Below are positions 29,198 to 38,758 of a DNA stretch of 64,000 nt, in pieces. The DNA is from Leptolyngbyaceae cyanobacterium (GTDB lineage Bacteria; Cyanobacteriota; Cyanobacteriia; Phormidesmidales; Phormidesmidaceae). The notes below the pieces were generated by a model that saw nothing but the letters and a program-made list of their open reading frames with translations, was not told the origin of the DNA and made no database searches. Position numbers and translations under genes: made by a program. The first letter of the stretch is position 1. Each line of letters begins with the position of its first letter. Where the stretch lies: NCBI GenBank assembly GCA_050331235.1, contig JBHJHA010000039.1, forward strand, positions 1-64,000. The letters run 5' to 3'.

Positions 29198-30601
29198 TCA
29201 GAGCTTGAGAATGTAGCGGGCTAAGTTGAGATAGATGAGGACGCCCAGTACATCGACGACGGTGGTGATAAAGGGGGCGGACATCAATGCTGGATCAAAG
29301 CCAATGGTGCTGAACAGAAACGGAAGCGCGGCCCCGGCGGTTGAAGCCAGGATAGCGATCGCAACCAAGCTAATACCTACCGTGATTGACACTGGCAAGC
29401 TTCCCTGCAAAATGTAGGCCCAACCGGTCACCACTACCCCCAGCATAATGCCGAGAAACGCCCCGGCGATCGCTTCTCGACGAATGACGGTAAAGGCGCT
29501 TTTGTTATTGACCTCCTGGGTATTGATCCCGCGAATGACGACGGTCGAAGACTGTGCTCCAACGTTCCCTCCGGTGCCAATGAGCAACGGAATAAAGGCG
29601 GCCAGCACCACTACCTGCTCTAAGATGGCCTCTTGACTCCGGATGACCCAGGTAGTCATCGTATTCGTTAGTAATAAGACGGATAGCCACACCACCCGTT
29701 TACGCGCCACAGTAAGCAAATTGGTCTGAAAATAATTGTCGCCGCCAGACTGCACTCCACCCAGGGCATAGATATCTTCGGTGGCCTCTTCTTCCAAAAT
29801 GTCGATCACGTCATCGACCGTAACAATCCCGACTAAGCGTTTTTCGGTATCGACTACGGGAACGGCCAAAAAGTCATAGCGCTGAATGAGTTGAGCCACT
29901 TCCTCTTGGTCGGTATCGGTTTGTACAGAGACGACTTCGCGGGTCTTGATTTCGCCAATGGTTTTCTCGGGCTGCCCCATCACCAAATGGCGCAGCGATA
30001 AGATACCGGTAAGCTGGCGGGCCGCATCCGTGACGTAGAGGTAGTAGACCGTCTCGCTCATGTCCGCTCGATTGCGGATGTGCTCTAATGCCCTAGAGAT
30101 ACTCCAAGTCTCTTTCAGCGCAATGTATTCCGGCGTCATGATGCGACCGGCGGTATCGGCCTCATAACCTAGTAGCAGAGCAGTCGCTTGCCGCTCTTGG
30201 GTTGACATCTGGCTCAACACTCGACGCACGACCTTGGCTGGCAACTCATCAAACAGGCGCGCCCGATCATCGGGGGACATTTTGTCGACGATGTCGAGCA
30301 CGTCCTGGCGCTTAAACTCTTCAATCAGCGTTTGCTGAACACTAGAATCAAGGTTTTCGTAAACTTCGATCGCCTCATTTTTTGAAAGCAGCCGAAATCC
30401 AATCGCTTGCATCGTTTCAGGCAGACCTTCGATCGCCTCCGCAATATCGACTGGTTGCACCGGGACTAAAAGCGCCTTCGCGCCCTGAAAGTTTTGCTGT
30501 TCTAAGAGCATCTCTAACTGCGATCGCACCAATTCTCGTAGCTCTTGCCGCGAGACTGTTGCAGGGACTGGGGATGCAGAGTTGAAGGTTGGCTCTGTCA
30601 A
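29198..30601 (-). CDS. mgtE: Magnesium transporter MgtE
   Basis: MgtE N-domain, CBS pair (GIVTVDDVID) and TM domain with GTGGNVGAQ, DPALMSAPFITTVVD. Confidence 0.97.
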   Translation of the reverse strand: MTEPTFNSASPVPATVSRQELRELVRSQLEMLLEQQNFQGAKALLVPVQPVDIAEAIEGLPETMQAIGFRLLSKNEAIEVYENLDSSVQQTLIEEFKRQDVLDIVDKMSPDDRARLFDELPAKVVRRVLSQMSTQERQATALLLGYEADTAGRIMTPEYIALKETWSISRALEHIRNRADMSETVYYLYVTDAARQLTGILSLRHLVMGQPEKTIGEIKTREVVSVQTDTDQEEVAQLIQRYDFLAVPVVDTEKRLVGIVTVDDVIDILEEEATEDIYALGGVQSGGDNYFQTNLLTVARKRVVWLSVLLLTNTMTTWVIRSQEAILEQVVVLAAFIPLLIGTGGNVGAQSSTVVIRGINTQEVNNKSAFTVIRREAIAGAFLGIMLGVVVTGWAYILQGSLPVSITVGISLVAIAILASTAGAALPFLFSTIGFDPALMSAPFITTVVDVLGVLIYLNLARYILKL

Positions 30602-31078
30602 AGACTTAGCTCCATGTCTTCAGCGATGTTTACAACTTAAAGAAAAACGCTTAGGACGACTTGATAAGCATAATTTAGTGCGCATCCATAGCGGCCGGCA
30701 GGAGAAACAAACCGGACAGCTCAACCACCTTACGACTGTGCAGTTTGTCGATATTGAGTAGGTTGCCGACACTACACTCGAGATCCCAGCTAGATACTTT
30801 TTGCAATCACGCCCATCGCTCAACAACCATGCTTCCAAGCGCCTCTAAATTTAGCCTAGACGTTACGGAGGACCCTGTCAGCATTAATTTGGGGGTTGGA
30901 TGGCTGCTCCAAACGGTTTGGTTGGAGCATAACACGCTCTCGTACGACTGGAATTCTGATCTACTCAATAACGCTCTGCCCCATCGCCAAACGCTTATTA
31001 CCGGGTTAAGTTTTAGAGCGCCCATCGGGCAAAGATGGTGTACTAAGCTTCAAAGTGCTCCCTGGCTGGTCCCTTGGC

Positions 31079-33283
31079 CTATCGTTTGTGAGTAAAAGTC
31101 CAAGCGCCATCCCAATCGTCAGGAATACCTTCTTCCATCATTTGATGAATTCGCTGTTCATAGAGCTGGGCAGTCTTATCGTTGGGGTGCTGGGTGAGCA
31201 CAGCGGTAAAGTGCTTTTGAGCGGTGTCTAAGTCAAGATTGCTGTAGGCTTTGATGCCCAACTGAAACGCGGATAAGGTCTGCAATTTTTTACGCTGTTG
31301 AGACTCAGCTTCAGCATCTAAGACTTCATAAATGGCCACGGATTGAGAACTACCTTTGACGATCGCGCGGTCCAAAAACCGCAATTGATAGCGATCAGGG
31401 TCTTGAATTTGCTTCTCAACCGTTTCAGAAATAATGAGGGAAGCGCCATAAACCTTTGACAACCCTTCGAGGCGAGCCGCCAGGTTGACTGTGTCTGAAA
31501 TCGCGTCAGGTTGAATGCGGTCAGGTTCACCAATCATGCCCGCCATCACATTGCCGGTATGGAGGCCGATCCCAATTTCAATTTCAAAATGATGCCGTGA
31601 ATTGGGCTTGATCTGCTGGTTATGCTCACGCACCTCTTTAAACTGAGCGATCGCTGAATCGATGGCATTTTCAACAGAGAATGGAAAGACCGCCATCATG
31701 CCGTCGCCCTTATTTTTGACGACAAATCCCTCGTGGGTTCTCACCAGGGGAGAAATCCGCTGTAGGTAGGCATTGATAAATTTAAACGTTCGGCGCGTGC
31801 TCAGTTTTTCAGCCATGTTGGTAAAGCCGCGAATATCGGAAAACATGACTGTCATTTCAGCGGTGAGGTGATCGCCAAGCCGGACATCTTGCACGCTCTG
31901 TTTGTTGAGAAAGCGTAGATACTCCGGTGGAAAGAACCGAGCAAAGGACTGGCTTTGTTTTTCCAGCTGTACAAACGATTGCTGAATTTGTGCAGTCATG
32001 GAGTTGATAGAGTTGGCCAGCTCTCCTAACTCGTCAGTGCGGTGGATAGAAACACGCTGATCCCAATCGCCAGCGGCAATATCTTTGACTGCAGCGTTGA
32101 GCTGCAAGATGGGACTGGTCAACCGTCGAGATAGCAGCGTGCCCACGAATAAAGCAATGGCTAAGGCAGCTCCACACAGAGCGATCGTGATGCGCGTGTT
32201 GAGGCGGATTTGCCTCATATAGTCTGACTCTGGGACTACGACAACAATCAACCAGTCCAGCCCAAAGCCGTCACTAAACGGCAGGACCTCTAAAAATTGC
32301 CGTTCGCCATCGAGTAAGAATGTTAGCTGTCGATTTTGCTGAATTCGAGCAAAACTGCCGTACCGATCCTTGAGATAGTTGGCCGTCTCTTGGACATAGG
32401 CATTGTTGCTCTGAGTCGCCGTCACAAACTGGGGATTTTGCCCGAGTACTTTCATGAGTGGCTCGTCGGTCGAGCTGGAAATCAGATTGCCCTGTCGATC
32501 GACTACAAAGGCCTGACCGGACTGGCCAATTTCCAAATTTTTAAGAAATGAGCGAAACTCCTCTGGCAGCACCACATCGGCACCACAAACACCGAGCAAT
32601 CGTCGATCGCGGCGGTCATACACGGGCAGGCTGGCGGTAACGTTTGGCAACTGAGTGGTAAACGCCATGTAGACGTCTGTCCAGTTCGGCCCTTCGGCAT
32701 CGAGCGCTGCTTTGAACCAGGGTCGCAAGCGCGCATCATAGGTAGGCCCTTTTTCATAAAGTTGATGCTGGCGGTAGCCCCGCGCGTCTAAACTGTAGTG
32801 CCTTCGGTTGTAGTTTGTCTCAGAATTGCTATAGGACAGTTCTAGCTGGCCAGTGTCGGGCGATCGCAGCACGCCAAAAAACTCCCCCGACTGCACGCTG
32901 CCGCAATAGACAAAAGCAATCTCAGGATATATTTTCATCTGCTGAAACAGCAGGTGCTCGCCTCTCAAAGCTTGTTCTACGGTGATATCACCGTGGGAAA
33001 AAGCCGTAGCATTGAGGCGATTGATCGCATGGGGATTGCCAAAATAGCTATCCAATTCCCCCTCAATACGTGCCGAAACTTCGCTTCGTAGCTGAGAGGC
33101 GAGCACTTGCACCGCTTGCTGTCCGTTGCGAAAGGATAAATACCCTACCAGCCCCACCGCCGCAAAAATCTGAACCAGGACTGGCAGGGTAAAGGCTTGG
33201 TGCAGCGAGGAATGATGCAGTGCCTGATAAGTACGACGCCTTATCGACCGAAGGTGAGGAGTCAATCTATTCACAGATGGCAA
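31079..33283 (-). CDS. Membrane Cache/HAMP class III adenylate cyclase
   Basis: TM - extracytoplasmic Cache-like domain (YDARLRPWF) - TM - HAMP (DELGELA) - cyclase (MFSDIRGFT, GDG, ISDTVNLAARLE). Confidence 0.92.
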   Translation of the reverse strand: MPSVNRLTPHLRSIRRRTYQALHHSSLHQAFTLPVLVQIFAAVGLVGYLSFRNGQQAVQVLASQLRSEVSARIEGELDSYFGNPHAINRLNATAFSHGDITVEQALRGEHLLFQQMKIYPEIAFVYCGSVQSGEFFGVLRSPDTGQLELSYSNSETNYNRRHYSLDARGYRQHQLYEKGPTYDARLRPWFKAALDAEGPNWTDVYMAFTTQLPNVTASLPVYDRRDRRLLGVCGADVVLPEEFRSFLKNLEIGQSGQAFVVDRQGNLISSSTDEPLMKVLGQNPQFVTATQSNNAYVQETANYLKDRYGSFARIQQNRQLTFLLDGERQFLEVLPFSDGFGLDWLIVVVVPESDYMRQIRLNTRITIALCGAALAIALFVGTLLSRRLTSPILQLNAAVKDIAAGDWDQRVSIHRTDELGELANSINSMTAQIQQSFVQLEKQSQSFARFFPPEYLRFLNKQSVQDVRLGDHLTAEMTVMFSDIRGFTNMAEKLSTRRTFKFINAYLQRISPLVRTHEGFVVKNKGDGMMAVFPFSVENAIDSAIAQFKEVREHNQQIKPNSRHHFEIEIGIGLHTGNVMAGMIGEPDRIQPDAISDTVNLAARLEGLSKVYGASLIISETVEKQIQDPDRYQLRFLDRAIVKGSSQSVAIYEVLDAEAESQQRKKLQTLSAFQLGIKAYSNLDLDTAQKHFTAVLTQHPNDKTAQLYEQRIHQMMEEGIPDDWDGAWTFTHKR

Positions 33284-33448
33284 TCGCTCTTGAGCTTTAG
33301 AGAGCAGTGTAATCGTCTACATCAACGGGCCGATCAAGCAATTTTAGACTGCCCATCTCAAGCCCGACAATCTGCGATGGATAAAGCAAAAGTCGTGGGC
33401 AAGGGACGCCACTAGCTGATATCGATCGCTACAGAACCTCTGAGAGAC

Positions 33449-33616
33449 TCAACCAAACTCTTTTTTAGCCTCTTCATAAACTGCTTCAGTGATCTCGTTG
33501 ATGCCCTGGTCTCGGGCAAATTTCTCAATCTTCTTGCGAGCGGCGGGCCTGACAAAAAAAGGAATTTCTTTGAGTCGGCTTTCGGCAGCGGTGGTCCAGA
33601 TAGGAGAGTTAGGCAT
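33449..33616 (-). CDS. Stand-alone PCP_red (ChlB C-terminal-like) domain protein
   Basis: WTTAAESRLKEIPFFVRPAARKKIEKFA..G...IT matches the protochlorophyllide reductase B C-terminal domain. Confidence 0.88.
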   Translation of the reverse strand: MPNSPIWTTAAESRLKEIPFFVRPAARKKIEKFARDQGINEITEAVYEEAKKEFG

Positions 33617-33778
33617 CGTGTTCGGGAAACCGGTTGGAACGAGAAAGGTCTGAATTATTTTAGTTTTTTGGCAAGCGGAGCACCAAAGCAATCGCGCATG
33701 ACTCTGCGGCAGATCTGGAAATCTTAGCTATCCTTAGGAGCATGTATCGTCGCAAACCGGCTCTGGGAGGGCGTCACC

Positions 33779-34366
33779 ATGCTGTATGACTGGAAGCAAA
33801 CGATTGGCAACCCGATCACACTAATGGCGTTGACACTATGGGGGTTAGCGAGTTGGGGCAGTGCAGTCGCGATCGCCGACGGCATTCCTGGCGTTACCTT
33901 TGGCACTGAGACGGGAGCCCCGCCCGCGGCCGAAGCTCCCAGTGCCCCACCCACTCCAGCGGCAGACAGTGCGCCGGATCTCTACACCCAGGCGATGCTG
34001 GTTGGCTACGCCGCCGAAGAACAAGCTGACTATCAAACCGCGCTCATCAACTTTCGCCGCGCTTTAGCTGAGCGCCCTGGTGATCCCTACGCTCTGAGAG
34101 CGATCGCCAATGTCGAGGCTTACCTTGCGCAACAGCGCCGTGAGCAAGCTCGCCTGCAACAATTAGCGGCGTTGCGCGCCCGCGTGGATGAATCTGTCTC
34201 CGCGAGGGACTGGGCCTGTGCTACTGCGACCGTTGATGAAATGATTAGTCTCGTTCCTCCCAACTCCCTCGAGAGAAGCCGTTTGGTTACTTATCGGGGA
34301 GAGCTGACATCCCTGATGGATGCGCGATCGGATATTGAGCAATGGTCCACGGTCTGTCCCGGCTGA
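33779..34366 (+). CDS. Secreted TPR-like hypothetical protein
   Basis: Signal-like N-terminus, Pro/Ala linker and a TPR-like DYQTALINFRRALAERPGDPYA. Confidence 0.65.
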   Translation: MLYDWKQTIGNPITLMALTLWGLASWGSAVAIADGIPGVTFGTETGAPPAAEAPSAPPTPAADSAPDLYTQAMLVGYAAEEQADYQTALINFRRALAERPGDPYALRAIANVEAYLAQQRREQARLQQLAALRARVDESVSARDWACATATVDEMISLVPPNSLERSRLVTYRGELTSLMDARSDIEQWSTVCPG

Positions 34367-34500
34367 CGGCAACGCCCGGTTTTTGCAGTTTGATTATTAG
34401 CGATGTTAAATGATCTGCTGTTTTGGCAGCGAAGGCCGGATGGATCGCTATGATTCGATTGTTTGGTGGATATCGCATAGGTTATCAAGGGTGATTTGCG

Positions 34501-34734
34501 ATGACAACTCACGTTTCTGATTCTCAATCGCCTGCCCCTGATGATTCACAACATTTGGCTGATCTGCGATCGCTCGTCGAGCGAGTCATGGCCGACGGCA
34601 AAATTTCCTCAGATGAATCTGCTGAGCTACGAGCCGCGCTCATGGCCGACGGCCAAATTACCCCCGATGAGATCGCACTGATTCGCGCTGTGATGAAGGC
34701 GCAATTAGGCAATCAGCATTTGGAATTAGAATAG
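34501..34734 (+). CDS. Small acidic protein with two ADGxI(S/T)xDE repeats
   Basis: 77 aa containing MADGKISSDE and MADGQITPDE; ends 9 bp before glgX. Confidence 0.7.
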   Translation: MTTHVSDSQSPAPDDSQHLADLRSLVERVMADGKISSDESAELRAALMADGQITPDEIALIRAVMKAQLGNQHLELE

Positions 34735-34743
34735 GAAGCATTC

Positions 34744-36807
34744 ATGGCTTTAAGAATCACCCCTGGAAAAAGCTTTCCGCTCGGGGCGACAGTAGATTCC
34801 ACTGGTGTAAACTTTTGCGTCTATTCGCAACATGCCACTGGTATTGATTTGCTACTCTACTCATCGCCAGAGGCACCTTACCCAGAGTGTACAATCCATC
34901 TCGACCCGCTTTACCACCGCTCATTCAATTATTGGCACGTCCACATCAAAGGACTGAGCGCTGGTCAGGTTTACGCCTATCGCGCCACGGGTCCCTATCT
35001 ACCGGATGCTGGACACCGCTTTGATCCAGCCAAAGTTTTATTAGATCCCTATGGCCGCGCAGTGGTAGGTCAGGCCAACTACGATCGCCAGATGGCCTCT
35101 TATCCCGGTGAAAACTCTCCCCATGCGTTGAGAAACGTGGTAGTTGATCTCAGCGCTTACGACTGGGAGGGCGATGCTCCCTTGGGAATTCCTTACTCAC
35201 GGACGGTGATTTACGAAATGCACGTGGGCGGCTTTACCAAAAATCCTAACTCGGGCATCACTCCTGAAAAACGCGGGACGTTTGCCGGCGTGATCGAAAA
35301 AATTCCGTATTTGAAGTCCTTAGGCATTACCGCAGTGGAGCTCTTGCCTGTCCACGAGTTTGACGAAAGAGATGCCCCGTTGGGTCTCAGTAATTATTGG
35401 GGATACAGCACAATCGGCTTTTTTGCGCCCCATCGACAATACAGCGCTTGCCCTGATCCCATAGGGCCTGTCGATGAATTTCGCGATATGGTCAAAGCCC
35501 TACATAAGGCCAATATCGAAGTTATTTTAGACGTGGTGTTCAATCACACCGCCGAGGGCGACCATCGAGGCCCCACTCTGTCCTTTCGAGGATTGGATAA
35601 TCAGACCTATTACATTTTGGAAGAAGCCGATGCAGCTCACTATGCTAACTACAGCGGCTGCGGCAATACCGTCAAGTCAGATCATACGGTTGTGAGTCGC
35701 TTGATCCTCGATAGCTTACGCTACTGGGTTTCAGAGATGCATGTTGATGGCTTTCGGTTTGATTTGGCTTCTGTCATGGCGCGCGACAAGATGGGGCAGC
35801 CTCAGGATGATCCCCCAATTTTGTGGGCGATTGAATCAGACCCAGTCCTAGCTAGTACCAAACTGATTGCCGAAGCCTGGGATGCTGCGGGCCTATATCA
35901 GGTAGGGTCGTTTATTGGCGATCGCTTTGCGGAGTGGAATGGTCCCTTTCGCGATGACGTGCGGCGATTTGTCAAAGGCGATAAAAATACAGTCAGTACC
36001 CTAGCGTCTCGAATTTTAGGCAGTCCAGATTTGTTTGTTGATGATCCCCAGCGGGAGACCAACCGCAGTATCAATTTCATTACCTGTCACGACGGCTTTA
36101 CCATGCACGATGTGGTGGCTTACAACAGCAAACATAACGAAGCCAACAGTGAAAAGAATCGCGATGGCACTGACGCCAATTTCAGTTGGAACTGTGGGGT
36201 AGAAGGTCCCACCATAAAACCGGCGATTCAGCAGTTGAGAATCCAGCAAATGAAGAATTTGATTACGATTCTCCTTATTGCTCAGGGGACGCCAATGGTA
36301 TTGATGGGAGATGAGAGTTGCCGCACCCAAAAAGGCAACAACAATGCCTATTGTCAAAACAATGCTTTGAGCTGGCTAGATTGGGAGCGACTGGAATCGC
36401 ACAAAGAGATTTTTCGATTTACCCAGCGGATGATTGACCTGGTACAAAACCTCAGACTATTTCAGCAAACGCGATGGTTACAGGTCACCGAAGAGCCCGT
36501 TAAAGCACCGCACATCACCTGGCATGGAGTCGAGTTGTATGAGCCTGATTGGGCAGATCACTCCCACAGCCTAGCGTTTACGTTACACGACCCCTTGGTC
36601 GAAGAAGAAATGCACGTCATGCTTAATGCCTATTGGGAGCCCCTATCTTTTAGGCTGCCTCAGCCCCATGCTCACAGCCATTGGTATCGGATTATCAATA
36701 CTGCCAAGCTTGGGTCCCATGACATTGTTGACGGCACCACCGACGCCGTCGAAGGCTATCGATATCAGGTTGATGCTCGCTCCTGTGTAGTTTTAATGGC
36801 CCTATAA
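34744..36807 (+). CDS. glgX: Glycogen debranching enzyme (isoamylase, GH13)
   Basis: NYWGY, DVVFNHTAEG, DGFRFDLAS, IAEAWD, CHDGFT and GNNNAYCQ. Confidence 0.97.
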   Translation: MALRITPGKSFPLGATVDSTGVNFCVYSQHATGIDLLLYSSPEAPYPECTIHLDPLYHRSFNYWHVHIKGLSAGQVYAYRATGPYLPDAGHRFDPAKVLLDPYGRAVVGQANYDRQMASYPGENSPHALRNVVVDLSAYDWEGDAPLGIPYSRTVIYEMHVGGFTKNPNSGITPEKRGTFAGVIEKIPYLKSLGITAVELLPVHEFDERDAPLGLSNYWGYSTIGFFAPHRQYSACPDPIGPVDEFRDMVKALHKANIEVILDVVFNHTAEGDHRGPTLSFRGLDNQTYYILEEADAAHYANYSGCGNTVKSDHTVVSRLILDSLRYWVSEMHVDGFRFDLASVMARDKMGQPQDDPPILWAIESDPVLASTKLIAEAWDAAGLYQVGSFIGDRFAEWNGPFRDDVRRFVKGDKNTVSTLASRILGSPDLFVDDPQRETNRSINFITCHDGFTMHDVVAYNSKHNEANSEKNRDGTDANFSWNCGVEGPTIKPAIQQLRIQQMKNLITILLIAQGTPMVLMGDESCRTQKGNNNAYCQNNALSWLDWERLESHKEIFRFTQRMIDLVQNLRLFQQTRWLQVTEEPVKAPHITWHGVELYEPDWADHSHSLAFTLHDPLVEEEMHVMLNAYWEPLSFRLPQPHAHSHWYRIINTAKLGSHDIVDGTTDAVEGYRYQVDARSCVVLMAL

Positions 36808-36895
36808 CCATCAGAATTTTCTTGAGTAAACCACCTACAAACCTTCGACTGGCAATTGGTGAACAGCTTCTTAATGAAGCCAGCCGGGTAGTGGT

Positions 36896-38206
36896 TTAGC
36901 GGCGCGGCCGGGGGGGGAGAGCAGTATCGGCCGAAGCCATTTGGGGAGCCATCGCATTATAGGGCGATCTCGCGTCTTTCCCTTCTACAAGCTGCTTAAA
37001 CAGAGTTTCATACCGATTGAGCGCCTGCTCAAAAGAATATTCATTCATGGCATGATGTCGACCCTGTCGACCCAGATTTTCCGCGAGGTCTTGGTTTTCG
37101 TAAAGGTGTTGAACGGCCTCTGCTAATGCTTGAGCATCTTCAGGTTCTACCACCAAACCCCCACCGCTAGCCCGTATCGCTTGGGCCGCTGTTCCATGAG
37201 CTGGTACCGCCGCTAAAATGGGACGGCCACTGGCCAAGAGCACCTGAGTCTTAGATGGCATATTGAAGCCAACCACATTACGCTTTTGCATGATTAGTCC
37301 GACATCTGCCGCCGCTAGCATCTCAGGCAGTTCAGCGCGAGGGGCAAATGGTCTGAGGAGAACGTTGTGGACGCCTAGTTCCTGTCTCAGTTCGTCAAGA
37401 TCAGACAGTTGGCTTTCTTCTCCGACGAGCACAAACGCTAAATCTTGAATGTGTTGTAACTTAGCTGCGGCTCGAATAACCGTTTGAATACCCTGGGTAC
37501 GAGCAATGTTGCCGGAATAGAGAACGACAAACTTGTCGCCTAGCCCATTAGCCCGTCGAAACGCATTTTCGTATTTTGGCAACGGCCGAATAAAATTGAC
37601 ATCCACCCAGTTGGAAATGATTTTCATTTTGCTGTCAGGTACTCCCTTACCCAACAGATTCGTTCGAAAGCCTTCTGCAATGACGCTGATGCGTGTAGCT
37701 GAGCGGTAGGCAAAATTTTCGAGGATTTCGAACGCCCGAATTGCTTTGGGGTTGCTAATCAGCCCAGTTTGGACCGCCGCCTCCGGCAAGATGTCCTGTA
37801 GATTCATCACTGTGGGGCAGCGATAGATCAGTTTGAGTAGAGCTACCGGTACAGCCACCGGTAGCGAAGGACTCGTGTTCAAAATGACGTCTGGCCGCCA
37901 TCCCTGCAGCGCTTTAATGAAGCTGAGACCGACAAAACTGCCCTCCAAAAGTACCCGCGTTAACAACCCCGGATTTGGTCGAATCCATACGTAGCAGCGT
38001 TGGATAGTGACGCCATTTTTTTCTTCTGTGACGTACCACTTATTGCGATAGGCGGGATAAATTTTGCGCTCTGGATAGTTCGGCATAGCCGTCACCACCC
38101 TTACCTCATGCCCTCGTTTGACTAACCCTTCTGCCAGTTCGGTCATTAGCGGTGCTATACCGATAGGCTCAGGATGATAGTTATAAGAGTAGATAAGGAT
38201 GCGCAT
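36896..38206 (-). CDS. Glycosyltransferase family 4 (WcaI-like)
   Basis: YNYHPEPIGIA, PNYPE, YSGNI and MPSK. Start at ATG 38206. Confidence 0.9.
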   Translation of the reverse strand: MRILIYSYNYHPEPIGIAPLMTELAEGLVKRGHEVRVVTAMPNYPERKIYPAYRNKWYVTEEKNGVTIQRCYVWIRPNPGLLTRVLLEGSFVGLSFIKALQGWRPDVILNTSPSLPVAVPVALLKLIYRCPTVMNLQDILPEAAVQTGLISNPKAIRAFEILENFAYRSATRISVIAEGFRTNLLGKGVPDSKMKIISNWVDVNFIRPLPKYENAFRRANGLGDKFVVLYSGNIARTQGIQTVIRAAAKLQHIQDLAFVLVGEESQLSDLDELRQELGVHNVLLRPFAPRAELPEMLAAADVGLIMQKRNVVGFNMPSKTQVLLASGRPILAAVPAHGTAAQAIRASGGGLVVEPEDAQALAEAVQHLYENQDLAENLGRQGRHHAMNEYSFEQALNRYETLFKQLVEGKDARSPYNAMAPQMASADTALPPRPRR

Positions 38207-38758
38207 CGCTGGGGAATGTCCTTTTCGTGTTGACGTTAGTGATTTGAAGAGCAGGGGACACTGAATGACCGGTGAGGGTCTGAGATTCATCGGCGCCCAA
38301 CGATTGATTTGTTGGTGCTCTGAACCAGACAATTCACCCGCACTTATATAGGTATGCCTCGTATCAGTGCCTATCTCCGGATTCGACGGTTAACTTTATG
38401 GGAAATAGAACTTCTAATTAAGCTTTCATCAATTTGATGAGAAATGAACAACGTTCTTAATGAGTATTTTGCCCAGTTTGCTAGTGTTCGCATCAGCATA
38501 TGTGCCAATAAATAAGCTGTTCTGAAAGGGGCGAGAACGGTTTGAAAGACTTCGGTATTTTTGCTGAAAATGAGCAGTAAGTAGTATCAATGTGCAAAAC
38601 CCGCAATGATTCAATGTAAATATTTGATGTATTAATCTTCAAGAAGCCTGGAATCTTCTGCTCTAGCTGAGAGATTGAAGCCTTTTTCAAAGCAGCACTT
38701 TTGTGCTCTTCAAAAGAGTGAGTGGGCAGTAAAGAATCCGTAAAGTTACTGAGCTGAT

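Noticed and set aside
30620..31078. Mg2+ (M-box) riboswitch or small ORFs upstream of mgtE
   Set aside because: No riboswitch consensus was recognisable by eye and the short ORFs lack protein-like features. An Rfam scan would be needed.
38340..38758. Horizontally acquired AT-rich insert
   Set aside because: It is consistent with an ordinary AT-rich promoter region upstream of the glycosyltransferase and has no mobile-element hallmarks.
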